A stretch of DNA of 64,000 nucleotides, from the NCBI GenBank assembly GCA_950097015.1, contig CATNEN010000037.1, forward strand, positions 4,481,347 to 4,545,346, in the 5' to 3' direction. This DNA comes from Macrostomum hystrix (lineage: Eukaryota > Animalia > Platyhelminthes). The position numbers and the translations under genes are program-made. Shown here piece after piece: positions 32,161-45,300 of the stretch (the first letter of the stretch is position 1; each line of letters opens with the position of its first letter). The notes beneath the pieces were generated by a model. That model did not search any database, was not told where the DNA came from, and saw only the letters and a program-made list of their open reading frames with translations.

Positions 32161-32659
32161 GTATGCCTCAAGCCTCGAGCTGTGGTGTGAGTGACCTGCA
32201 TAAGCAACTCTAGTATGGACTTGAGTTACGAGTTTAATCATTTTACTGAGCACGAATGACTGATAGGCAAGGCAGGGAATGCTGAGCAAACAGTGCAGCA
32301 GCTATGCTTTGTAGTAGTGCATTTTAACTCGCCAAGTCTCTGTGAGTCAAAGCTTCAACCTGGCGACGTACATTCGGTGCACTAGGCACTTCCATTTATT
32401 TACTCGCGCGACACCCACCCAAAATGGCCCGAGTTTGGAGCAATCGGTACTGATAACAGAGGTCAAACCAATTTCTGGAATGTTCCATTACAATTCTCGA
32501 ATCTACGTTTTGAGAGTAACCATGTTTGAAGTTTTTTTTGAGAATGACCTTGGGGACTGATAGTTACACGAGAAGGTAGGGTTGGCAGAAGCAGAAGGTG
32601 CATGGTTTTTTGGGCCAATGTCAATCGGTAGTCAGTATAATTAAAGGCTCATTTTGAGA

Positions 32660-32705
32660 ACTTTCGCTCCAAGGTTCCTGAGCTCGAATCCGCGGCGCCA
32701 CATTC
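32660..32705 (+). mobile_element. Truncated head of SINE family A
   Basis: CTTTCGCTCCAAGGTTCCTGAGCTCGAATCCGCGGCGCCACATT resembles 25932-25980. Confidence 0.45.
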
Positions 32706-32734
32706 TTTTCCGGCGCAGCTGCAGAGATAAGACT

Positions 32735-33245
32735 TGGGGGTCAGGTTGTCTTAGGTGGGACGGTGGGTCAGGTTGTCTCAGGTGGGTCAGGTTGTCTTAG
32801 GTGGTTCAGGTTGTCTCAGGTGGTTCAGGTTGTCTCAGGTGGGTCAGGTTGTCTCAGGTGGGTCAGGTTGTCTCAGGTGGGTCAGGTTGTCTCAGGTGGT
32901 TCAGGTTGTCTTAGGTGGGTCAGGTCAGGTTGTCTTAGGTGGGTCAGGTCAGGTTGTCTTAGTTGGGTCAGGTCAGTCTGTATTAGGTGGGTCAGGTCAG
33001 GTTGTATTAAGTTGGTCAGGTCAGGTTGTATTAAGTGGATCAGGTCCGACCCATTATCTTAGGTGGGTGAGGTCCGACCCATTGTCTTTAGGTGGGTCAG
33101 GTCCGACCCATTGTCTTTAGGTGGGTCAGGTCCGACCCATTGTCTTTAGGTGGGTCAGGTCCGACCCATTGTCTTTAGGTGGGTCAGGTCCAACCCATTG
33201 TCTTTAGGTGGGTCAGGTCCGACCCATTGTCTTTAGGTTGGTGAG
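32735..33245. repeat. Compound minisatellite (19-bp, then 24-bp, then 29-bp units)
   Basis: GGTGGGTCAGGTTGTCTCA grading into GGTGGGTCAGGTCCGACCCATTGTCTTTA. Confidence 0.9.
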
Positions 33246-34310
33246 GTCCGAACCGTTGTCAGTTGGATCAAGTTAAAATAACGCTCGTTAATATCAAGCA
33301 GCAGGATAGTTAGGCATCAACTTATTTCGTATTTTCATAATAAACGATAACATCTACTAAAAGTAGCAGTATGCGGGTAATTTATAGCTATGGCAAAATA
33401 TTTCCTCAGGATTTTTAACTGCTTTAAATTCATCTTTACCAACAATAAGTCAGTAGGTCTGCCTTTGCATTTGTCGGTTTTCCGCATTAATCTTACCGCC
33501 CAATATAAAGATGATAATATTGGGGTGCTATATGAAGGTGTCAAAGTGTTTCTGCGTCAGAACTACAACACCGCGCGGTGACTGTCTATATAGCTGAGGC
33601 TGCTGCTGCATCAAACTTTTGCATTTTTTTCGGTACAGCCGAACCCCAGAGGTTTTTCTAGTCGCCATTGTCTCAGGCATAGAGGGTAAAACACACACAA
33701 AGACACTGTCTAGAGGTGCCACTGACAAGTGTACCGTATTATATACAGGAAAAATAATACCCATATCTAACACAGTCATTGTGTGTGTTTGAGATGAATA
33801 AAAGAATGAAGCCATTTTGCAGCTTAAAAGAAGCTTCGGGTGACAATGGAGCATTTTTATGACTACCCCCATGCAGCGAACTGGTCGGCAGAGCGATTCA
33901 TTCGGTGTGCATGGCCAGAAAATAAACTCATATCGAGATATTCAAGGCACTAAGCACTGCATAGTCGCCCGGTTGTCTGAGGTGGCGCACGCCCTGCTTT
34001 TATAAATCTTTCCTTTTCTTGTGAAAAGTGTTGCGAAAAAAAGTTCCAAATTAAATTTTTGCTTGAAACTGAGAAGGTGACAAAACTAAACACGACTATT
34101 ATATATCTGAGGAGTTATATGGCTCTCCATTGAATTCTTAATTCTTCGTAACTGGATAAAGCCAGCTAACACAGCATCCTCAGATGCTGTAAAACTGTTC
34201 TCTAGTGATGCCTTATAGACAGACTCAAACTCTATAGCCTGACATGAGAATATTCTTGAACTAAATACGAATTTCTGCTATGCATTGACTTTTTTCCTGA
34301 CTTAATTCAA

Positions 34311-35967
34311 CCTCACTGCCAATACTGACTGACACCTCACTGCCAATACTGACTGACACCTCACTGCCAATACTGACTGACACCCCACTGACACCTCACT
34401 GCCAATACTGACTGACACCTCACTGCCAATACTGACTGACACCCCACTGACACCTCACTGCCAATACTGACTGACACCTCACTGCCAATACTGACCGACA
34501 CCCCACTGCCAATACTGACTGACACCTCACTGCCAATACTGACTGACACCTCACTGCCAATACTGACTGACACCCCACTGCCAATACTGACTGACACCTC
34601 ACTGCCAATACTGACTGACACCTCACTGCCAATACTGACTGACACCTCACTGACACCTCACTGCCAATACTGACTGACACCACACTGCAAATACTGACTG
34701 ACACCCCACTGCCAATACTGACTGACACCCCACTGACACCCCACTGCCAATACTGACTGACACCTCACTGCCAATACTGACTGACACCTCACTGCCAATA
34801 CTGACTGACACCCCACTGACACCCCACTGCCAATACTGACTGACACCCCACTGCCAATACTGACTGACACCCCACTGACAATACTGACTGACACCCCACT
34901 GACACCCCACTGCCAATACTGACTGACACCTCACTGCCAATACTGACTGACACCTCACTGCCAATACTGACTGACACCCCACTGACACCTCACTGCCAAT
35001 ACTGACTGACACCTCACTGCCAATACTGACCGACACCCCACTGCCAATACTGACTGACACCTCACTGCCAATACTGACTGACACCTCACTGCCAATACTG
35101 ACTGACACCCCACTGCCAATACTGACTGACACCTCACTGCCAATACTGACTGACACCTCACTGCCAATACTGACTGACACCTCACTGACACCTCACTGCC
35201 AATACTGACTGACACCACACTGCAAATACTGACTGACACCCCACTGCCAATACTGACTGACACCCCACTGACACCCCACTGCCAATACTGACTGACACCT
35301 CACTGCCAATACTGACTGACACCTCACTGCCAATACTGACTGACACCCCACTGACACCCCACTGCCAATACTGACTGACACCCCACTGCCAATACTGACT
35401 GACACCCCACTGACAATACTGACTGACACCCCACTGACACCCCACTGCCAATACTGACTGACACCTCACTGCCAATACTGACTGACACCTCACTGCCAAT
35501 ACTGACTGACACCCCACTGACACCCCACTGCCAATACTGACTGACACCCCACTGCCAATACTGACTGACACCCCACTGACACCTCACTGCCAAAACTGAC
35601 TGACACCTCACTGACACCCCACTGACACCCCACTGACTGACAGCCCACTGCCAATACTGACTGACACCCCACTGCCAATACTGACTGACACACCACTGAC
35701 ACCCCACTGCCAATACTGACTGACACCTCACTGCCAATACTGACTGACACCCCACTGACACCTCACTGCCAATACTGACTGACACCTCACTGACACCCCA
35801 CTGACACCCCACTGACTGACAGCCCACTGCCAATACTGACTGACACCTCACTGCCAATACTGACTGACACACCACTGACACCCCACTGCCAATACTGACT
35901 GACACCCCACTGCCAATACTGACTGACACCCCACTGCCAATACTGACTGACACCCCACTGCCAATAC
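34311..35967. repeat. 24-bp minisatellite with a 535-bp higher-order repeat
   Basis: CACTGCCAATACTGACTGACACCY. Identical ORF pairs offset by 535 bp (34420-34728 / 34955-35263; 34658-34894 / 35193-35429). Confidence 0.95.
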
Positions 35968-36357
35968 CTGAGTTAAAAAACCCGTGCCAAAAGCTAGTCA
36001 GTCTACTGGCTCGTGTTGCAGCTTCCTTGTGTCAACTTCTGCCCCTACTTTGCCTCATTCCCTAGGATCACTGGCGCTTGGAACTAGATTGGCGGGCCAA
36101 TCAGTGGCCGAGTTGAGGCACTCTCAGCCTCTCGTTAGTCCGCCGAGCCAATGACAGAGCGGCCATACCAACCCCCGCCCAGCGACTGGGCCAAACGCAT
36201 TTTAGTATTTGGCGGCCAACCCCGCAATGGGAGAAAGCAGAAATTCGAAATAAAACTCGGCCCTCCTAATTTTTCTATAGATAAACTGCGCCCAGCAAAA
36301 GACCAGGCCCAGATCCTCACACTAAAGTGACATTTGGCGCGCAGTGATTTCGGAATC

Positions 36358-39300
36358 ATGGTGATCTGCGCTGGCTGCAACCGCCAGATATTTGACCAGT
36401 ACCTGCTCAACGTTCTGGACCAGTCCTGGCATGCCGCGTGCCTTCAGTGCAGCGACTGCGGCCAGGAGCTCAGCGACAAGTGCTTCAGCCGTGACGGCCG
36501 GCTCTACTGTCGGGCCGACTTTTTCCGGTGAGTTTTCTAATAATTATTTTCAATGAATTTCCAGAGCTTCTTGCGTTAGTTCTTCTTCCTAATATTAGCC
36601 TGGCATACCTCGCTGCTCTGCAGAACAATCATCCTATTTCAAATTTGCTTTCATTGCTCCATTATTCTTACAGTTTCTCTCTCTTCTCATTTCCCTCTCC
36701 TCTCTCTTCTCATATCCCTCTCCTCTCTATTCTCATTTCCCTCTCCTCTCTTCTCATTTCCCTCTCCTCTCTCTTCTCAATTCCCTCTCCTCTCTCTTCT
36801 CAATTCCCTCTCCTCTCTCTTCTCATTTCCCTCTCCTCTCTTCTCATTTCCCTCTCCTCTCTCTTCTCAATTCCCTCTCCTCTCTCTTCTCAATTCCCTC
36901 TCCTCTCTCTTCTCATTTCCCTCTCCTCTCTCTTCTCAATTCCCTCTCCTCTCTCTTCTCATTTCCCTCTCCTCTCTCTTCTCATTTCCCTCTCCCTCTC
37001 TTCCCATTTCCCTCTCCCTCCCTCCCGATCCCCCCTTAATCCTCTCTCCAATGCCGCTAATTCTCATTGCAGCCGCTTCGGTACAAAGTGCGCCGGCTGC
37101 TCTGAGGGCATCTCGCCCAACGACCTGGTGCGCAAGGCGCGCAACAAAGTCTTCCACCTGGGCTGCTTCACCTGCATGGTGTGTCGAAAGCAGCTCATCA
37201 CCGGCGAGGAGCTGGTTGTGTTCGACGAGAACAAATTTGTGTGCAAGCAGGACTATGTCAGCAGCCGCTGCGGCCCCCTGATCAGACAGGAGTTCCCGTC
37301 TGGCGCTCATCACAGACTGCAGCAGCAGCTACACAAATCTGGCCGCCCAAGACCAGGTGAGAACCGATTGATTTCTGGAACAAACGAGTTGAAATAGCTT
37401 GCGATAATGACAATCTCCTAAATCTGGCTTTATCCGCTTTCGGGCGGATCTCCATGTAGAACCATTAACTCCTTCTCAGAACTGTAAATCAGCTTTTAGA
37501 ATGATGTATTCCGCCTAAAAAAACTAATGACGAATAGAACAAAAAATCCACCCCAGATCGGAAAATCCGCCCACAGAACGATAAATCCACCCCCAGATAG
37601 ATAAATCCGCCCCTAGGTAGATAAATCCGCCCCCAGATAGATAAATCCGCCCCCGGAAAAATAAATCCGCCCAGATAGATAAATCCGCCCCAGATAGATA
37701 AATCCGCCCCAGATAGACAAATCCGCCCCCAGATAGATAAATCCGCCCCAGATATATATATCCGCCCCCAGATAGATAAATCCGCCCCCAGAAAGATAAA
37801 TCCGCCTCCAGATCCGCCCAGAGAAGCTTAAATCCGACGCAGATTTTTTCTAGATCCACTTGTACTTCAAAGCTTGGACCTTTAACATAGAAATCCTCTT
37901 TTAACATCTTAAATCCGCCCCCAAACCCAGAGTATCTGGTTTGACTCGTGGCAGTTTCTCAATTCTGAGTTGTGAATTAAATTATGCAAATTGATTTCGG
38001 TCTCAGTCTCGCGACTGCTCAGTCTTGATCATCGCTTGAGCAGTTCGCTCTTGCAGCTAAGGAGGGAGACATCAGAAATCAGACGGGCGTATATTTTCAT
38101 CCGTTCCACTGGTAACCTAGGAGACGTGACGTCACCTTCCATGTTGGGATGATTTTCGATATATAAAAATATAGACAAAAATGAGCAACTCGGTTGAGTG
38201 TATTCTTCACTTTCTAACGAAACAGCGGGGACTCCATGCAGCGGCTAAGTGTCTGGCTGCAATGTAGTGCCATTCTGCGCGTGCTCTATATGACATATAG
38301 GTGACAATTTCTCTTCATTTTTTAGACGTGGGTCAACCCCCCGCCATGCTTCAATACTCGTAGTCAGTGCCCCAATGAGTCCAAGTCTCTCCGCATGTGG
38401 CTAGGTATAGGCACTGCATATCACTGTGACTGCAATGCGTGCCTAAGTGTCCGAGTTATGCACACACACACACACAGCAAAGGTGTATTTCCAGAGAGGG
38501 AGGTAATACTGTATCCATGTATTGAGTCTACTATACAGACTTTCTGTCCATTTAGTTTGCTCTTTTTTTCATGGCTCATTTTGCATGTGGATTCTGCACA
38601 ATGCATCTCAGTTTTCAGGTAAATACAGTGTAGGGGTATACTATAGTACGTGTGCTTTGGCTGCTTGTGTGGCCCACATTCTCAGCAATAAAATCTGTGC
38701 TGGTAACTCTATAGTCATGAGGCCTTCTCAGGCTCGATTCGCGAAAATTTATTCAAATCCCTGAAATTCTTTCCGACCAAAAAAGTAAAAAAATACCGAA
38801 TTTTTTTAAGATTCGTTTTAAAGATCCGTTTTAAAGATTCATTTTAGATATCTCGTTTTAGAGATCCCGTTTTCAAGATCCAGTTTTAGAGATCCCTTTA
38901 AAAATCTTATTTCAAAGATCAACGAATGGTTTTAAATATTCCGTTTTAAAGATCCTGATTTTTAAAGATCCCGTTTTTAAGATCCCATTTAAAATATCCC
39001 GATTTAAAGATCCCGATTTACAGAGTCCGTTTAAAGATCCCGTTTTAGGGATCTCGTTTAGAGATCCCGTTTTTAAGATCCCAATTTAAAGATCCCGATT
39101 TAAAGATTCCGTTTAAAGATCCCGTTTTAGATATCCCACTTTAAAGATCCCACCTTAAAGATCCCACTTTAAAGATCCCGATTTAGAGTCCGTTTAAAGA
39201 TCCCGATTTAGAGTCCGTTTAAAGATCCCGATTTAGAGTCCGTTTAAAGATCCCGATTTAGAGTCCGTTTAAAGATCCCGATTTAGAGTCCGTTTCAAAG

Positions 39301-42300
39301 ATCCCGTTTTAAAGATGCCGAAGCGTATTTCCGATCCTAAAAGCTCTTTTCGATCCTGAAGAGTTTTAAGTTCCAGAATTTTTCTATATGATCTCAGTTT
39401 TTTTTCCTATTAAACAAAGCTCAAAGATACCAAAAAAAGTTTACCCTAAAAAAGAAGTTACACAAATTTGCACCCAAGTTATGTCACATTTAAGGGTTAC
39501 AAATCCCAACCCTACTGGTAAAATGAAAAGAAAGATAATTCTTGATTGAGCTTGAAGGACTTGAGCTGGGTAACTTTTAGCTGCAAACATAAAAACTAAC
39601 ACACAATAAAGATTGAATTTTGCGCTGCTGAAATTCATTTAGACCACTTTTTATGCACAAATATTTAATTTCAACTCAATTTAGGAAATTTTCAGCAGAA
39701 CAAATTTTTGCATGGTTGATCACAAAAAACTAATATTAAAAGTAAAATCCCAATATTTGCCCCAGGGGGTGCAAGTGTCTGGCAAGTGCAGTTCATTTAT
39801 TTTATTTCTATTTCAGCTCGCCTCAATGAGTCAAATCTGTCATTGCGCAATCATCTATCTCACCTTTGAGACAGCTAATATGAAGGATTCTTTTCTTGAG
39901 TGTATGAATATAAGCTTCTCAGACTCAATTCAACCTTATAAAAAATGAGTAACATGCACTGCAGAAACTTTATATAATACGAGTATATTAGCCAAATTCC
40001 CACACCGCCTCCATCCCTGCTTAGAAACTGTTTTGCCAATAAATAGTTAATTACTTAACACCTGATTGTATATTAGTGTATTACCTGTGGCGCAAAGTGG
40101 TTGGCATTTGTAGCAATAGCATTCTAGGAAAATGTAAGCAAATTTGACTCCTCCCATCGTCTGCAAAACTTGCTGCTTTTGGGCCGTTTTCAGTTGAGTT
40201 GCTAATGGGCATTTTATACTGAGCTTATTCGAGGGGAAATTTTCTATTGTCAGTGAGTCAGTGAAGGACTGTGAGAGTCACTGAGAGTCAGTGAATGACT
40301 GTGAGAGTCACTGAGAGTCAGTGAAGGACTGTGAGAGTCACTGAGAGTCAGTGAAGGACTGTGAGAGTCACTGAGAGTCAGTGAAGGACTGTGAGAGTCA
40401 CTGAGAGTCAGTGAATGACTGTGAGAGACAGTGAATGACTGTGAGAGTCAGTGTGAGTCAATGAGAGTCTGTGAAAGTCAGTGAGAGTCAGTGTGAGTCA
40501 GTGAGGGTCAGTGAGAGTCAGTGAGAGTCAGTGAAGGACTGTGAGAGTCAGTGAGAGTCAGTGAGAGTCAGTGAGAGTCAGTGAAGGACTGTGAGAGTCA
40601 GTGAGAGTCAGTGAGAGTCAGTGAGAGTCAGTGAGAGTCAGTGAGAGTCAGTGAGAGCCAGTGAGAGTCAGTGAGAGTCAGTGAGTCAGTGAGAGTCAGT
40701 GAGAGTCAGTGGGAGTCAGTGAGTCAGTGAGTCAGTGAGTCAGTGAGAGTCAGTGAGCGTCAGTGAGCGTGAGTCAGCGTCAGTGAGAGTCAGTGAGAGT
40801 CAGGGACAGAGAGTCAGGGACAGAGAGTCAGGGACAGAGAGTCAGGGACAGAGAGTCAGGGACAGAGAGTCAGGGACAGAGAGTCAGGGACAGAGAGTCA
40901 GGGACAGAGAGTCAGGGACAGAGAGTCAGGGACAGAGAGTCAGGGACAGAGAGTCAGGGACAGAGAGTCAGGGACAGAGAGTCAGGGACAGAGAGTCAGG
41001 GACAGAGAGTCAGGGACAGAGAGTCAGGGACAGAGAGTCAGGGACAGAGAGTCAGGGACAGAGAGTCAGGGACAGAGAGTCAGGGACAGAGAGTCAGGGA
41101 CAGAGAGTCGGGACAGAGAGTCAGGGACAGAGAGTCGGGACAGATAGTCAGGGACAGAGAGTCAGGGACAGAGTCAAAGACGATGTATAATTAGTAGAAA
41201 AGACCCGCGGTGGCTCCATGGAGTGGCTTCTAAACAGAGGCCTCTAAAACAGAAGCAGACAAGACAAGAAAAGGCAGAAGACAAGAACGGGAGAGCACAG
41301 CCAAAATGACACATGCCCGCTATACAACCTATCCTTTCTATTCAAAGAAAGTGTGCAATAAAAAATGAAATATGAGGGAGTGGCTGGGCCGCTAGCACCA
41401 GCCGCAATGCTATCTAGCCTTATTCTATCACCAGACAAGTGTCGCAATACAGAACGATGACGTCGCTTATCTCCAGGTGTCAGCGCCTAGCCCGGGAATT
41501 TTCTAACACAACTAACTCTATATATATATATATAATGGCCTCGCGCCTTCTGGCTCGATGATCGATTGATTCTGGTCGCCTAAAATATCATCACCTGGCA
41601 TGCTATAAGATTCGGCCTTACAAAGCCAGCCTTCTCTTGTCTTTCTGTCGGCCTTCTCGCTCGGCTATTAGACTGCTTGGTCTAGTTCGGTGACTCCGCT
41701 GTCTCAGTGCTTCATTTCCTAAATAGTTAAATGCTGTGACAACCTGCTCTGTTGCACTACAACTGCTTGTATCAGCTTTCACTATTAAACTTGTTTTTTT
41801 ATTCATGGATTTATGGCGCAACTACAAGAACTACAAAGAGCAACTCCTGCAACAGCAGCAGCAACTGCTGATGGAACACTTTCGTGAGAGATCATAAAAG
41901 ATTCAGGTCTCATGGCTCGCCCCTTGCTCGAAGGAATAAAAATCGAAGGAAGTAAAAGCACAGTTTAAAAGGGCTCAATTGTTTGGCTTGCTCCAGCAAC
42001 GCAGCCAAATTTGTTACATGTTCGGCGCCAAAAGAGGCATTAAATAAAAACTAACTTTACTAAAAAAACTAACACAAAACTTGCCTGTATGCAGCCGCTG
42101 CAGTAGAAATTTAGTTTTTAACGTAAACGTAAAAGCAGGCAACACACTGGTGACAAAACTGACATTTGACATTGAGCTAAACTGGCTTTGGCAACATTGT
42201 GCCGGTCATGTCTAGTCAAGTAGAAGATTTCCTCCTCCGTCGAAATCCCCCAGCTTTGTAGAAGCCATGGAGATTGATGCGTGAGGAACCAGCTGCCCCC

Positions 42301-45300
42301 CCCCCAGTGGTTGCCGAGGCACCGGCCAGTTCTCAAACGCGCCCTGCTTCTGGGCCGACTCTCGTGGGTTGGGAGGGGAGTGAAAGTGGCGCCCGCCTGG
42401 TCGTTGAAAAATCAGAAAAATCTCAGGCAAATCTTTGTGTTCACACGAACACACACATCTATATGGTTATATTTACTAGTTATATGATGCACACGTCAAC
42501 TGTATAGTCCCAGAAGAGCTTCAATGCGAGTCTGGACTCTGTCCGATAACTGCCTCTTAACTCCCCCTCTCTCTCTCTTTCTCCCACTCCACATCTCCCC
42601 TTTCTCTCCGCTTTCAACATCGATCTCTGCATCACCTTCAAGATCCTGCCCCTTCCCCCCCACCTCGCAGCATGGCCAGGCGAGATTAGTGCTCCGGTAG
42701 CCCAGAAACTGTCTCGCAGTTCAATAATCACAATATTATCGTCCCTCATACCAGACTCCACCTGGGTAAGGAGGCATGCTACTTTCCCACACTCGCATCA
42801 GGCCTATGCTTCAGTGTAGTTGGCTGGTCAATGCTGAAGGATTGCATCATGCGCCAATCCAGTTTAGTTGCCAGGCCGGTGTACACCAGACTCTTACAGT
42901 GTCCACCTACGCTTTTACCAATCTCTCTCATGCATGCATAGCGGGGACAAAAAAACAAGCTTTGGTCGGGCGCAAGTGTAATAATGCTACTTGAATTTCA
43001 TATGCGCCTTATAGCTGGCCAAGCATTATGCTAATTATCTCTAGTGTGAGGGAGGCGCCCCAGACTATGCCGACAATGCCAAGGAGCAGGCATAACGGTG
43101 TTTCATGAATATGCTAATGAGCTCATTTTGCGTTGGCGAGGCCAGCAGAACTGCACGCCTCTTCCTGCAGCCAGTCTCGCATTCGACTCCAATGCCTCCA
43201 GCGGCTCACCACCTGTGGGCATAGGAAACTCTGGCTGGCTGCGCGAAATGGTTACCGCCAAATATCAGCTACCGCCCCGCACCTCCTGATCCCCATTCTC
43301 ATCCCCATTTTTCTTCATCCTTCTCATTCCGCTGCAGACTCCGACGAAGCTGTCGGCGCCGCGTTTGATCCTGCGACCAGCGGCTCGCCGACGCTGTCCG
43401 TGGCTGCCGCAGCAGCCGCCGCCTCCACCAGCCCGAAGGAAGAGCTGCTGAGTAACAACAACAACTCGGCCAGCTCAGTCGGCGTGCCCTCGCCGAACTC
43501 TTCTGAGCCGTGCGACGGACTCGACGGCTGCGGCGGAGCCGCCGCTGCTGCCGCCTCAGCCGCCGCCGCTGCAGCAGCTGCCGGAGTCAGCGGTCTCGGA
43601 GGCCTCGTCGGATTGGGCGTCGGAGGCGGTGTCATCGGCAGCGGCATCGGCGGCTGCGGCGTCGTCGGTGGCATCTACAACAGCAAGGACAGCGAGTTGG
43701 ACCTCAACCTTGACGACCTGGTTGATCCGAAGGCCTCCGGCGAGGATGACGACGATGTCGACGATGACGCTGCCTCCGGCGACGAATCTACGCAGGGCTC
43801 CGGCCTTGGTGACGGTGTTGGCGACGCCGGCGACGGAAAAATTGGCGGCTGCAGCGGCTCTGGGGGCGCCGGTGGCGGTGGCTCCGGCCAGCAGGCCGCA
43901 GGCAGCAAGCGGCGGGGTCCGCGGACGACCATCAAGGCCAAGCAGCTGGAGACGCTAAAGGCAGCTTTCGCTGCCACCCCGAAGCCGACGCGTCACATCC
44001 GGGAACAGCTGGCCCAGGAGACTGGACTCAACATGCGAGTCATACAGGTGATTTGCTTCAGGGTGCGAAATCATCGCGATGAAGCTTCCAGAATCCCAGT
44101 TGCAAGCACTCCCCAGGTCCCGGCCTATCTTATCTCGTGTTGCCTGACACTGGCATCACTAGCATCAGGATGGCGAGAAACTTTTTCTCGGCCAGTCATT
44201 TTTCTTGCTCCCCGGTGTCGACGACAGAGTCGATTCTCTCCACGGGATAGACTGCTCACTGCTCAATGGAGCAGGCAGGGATCGGGTGGGGAAGTTTTTC
44301 CCAACGATATCGCCCCCGGTGTTGGCTTTTCCCACCCGTCTCTCGCCCTTGCTCCGCCCTGTCTCCTTGTCCAGTCCGCTAGATCCGTCGAGTGCGAATT
44401 CCCGGGGGAGAGGCGGCGGGGCGGGGCGCGTTGCCTGCCGAGAGGTGTTGGGAGTGAGTTGATGGCGGATGCTGGGGAGTGCGAGAGAGCGAGCGAGGTA
44501 CCGCGAGTCTTGGCCTCTGCACCCCCTCGGGCCAAAGGCGGTGCTCAACTCTAGCGCCATGATAGAATTGTTGGGAAGACTGATAGAGGAAGATGGGAGA
44601 AGCTGGGACCAGCTGCGCTGTCAGGATGCTTCATTTATTTTATAGCCGCTTCTGCTCGTGGATGCAGTCTGCTGCCGCAGAAGACAAAGGGGATAATGGG
44701 TAGAGGGGAAATATAGATTTCCAGAGTCAAGAGGACAGATCCGGGACTAAGCATCTGCTTGGCCATCCCATTTCCTTGCTTTTGAGTCCCCGCTTTTCTT
44801 TGTTTGAATTTCCAACTTTTAGCATTTGTTCCGGTCAAAGTTCAAATTGGCCCTATTCAAAAGCCATGTACACACACCCTCAGGGCAGGTGGGATATGCA
44901 GGCTGCTCGGAGCGGTAAAGACCCGGATATCCCATTTTGACTAGCTCGGAAATGAGACTGGAGAATGAGAAATATAGGACTGCCGATGACTGAAGGAGCT
45001 CTTTCTGTCTTGGCTTTCAGTCGGCGCGGAGTGGAGGTTGTATAGGTCAGATTTCTTCGGCTTGTCCACTGATCCGCGGAGGACTGTCAGACAGAAGTGC
45101 CAACGACAACATCACTCGACGGTCTAGAGAGTCTAGAGACTCACCCAGCCAGGCCCAACTGGCCCAGCTGCTTCAGACAGCAGCTATAGACAGTTCTTCA
45201 ACCCCCTGAACTGGGAGCTGCACCGTGCGGCCGCCCAGGCATTGGAGTGTTGGGGGACGGGTGGGTGGGTGGGTGTGGACACTTGAGGGCTCCGAAATCT

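Noticed and set aside
33528-33872. 114-aa ATG-initiated ORF
   Set aside because: No recognisable motif, splice support or coding-like composition.
36528-37397. 289-aa ORF with a hydrophobic, TM-like N-half
   Set aside because: The N-half is the translated pyrimidine-rich satellite of Lhx1/5 intron 1; only 37073-37356 is a real exon.
43133-44554. 473-aa ORF as a standalone homeobox gene
   Set aside because: The homeodomain is interrupted at the CAG|GT donor (44047) and completed by exon 45707; the flanks are intron read-through.
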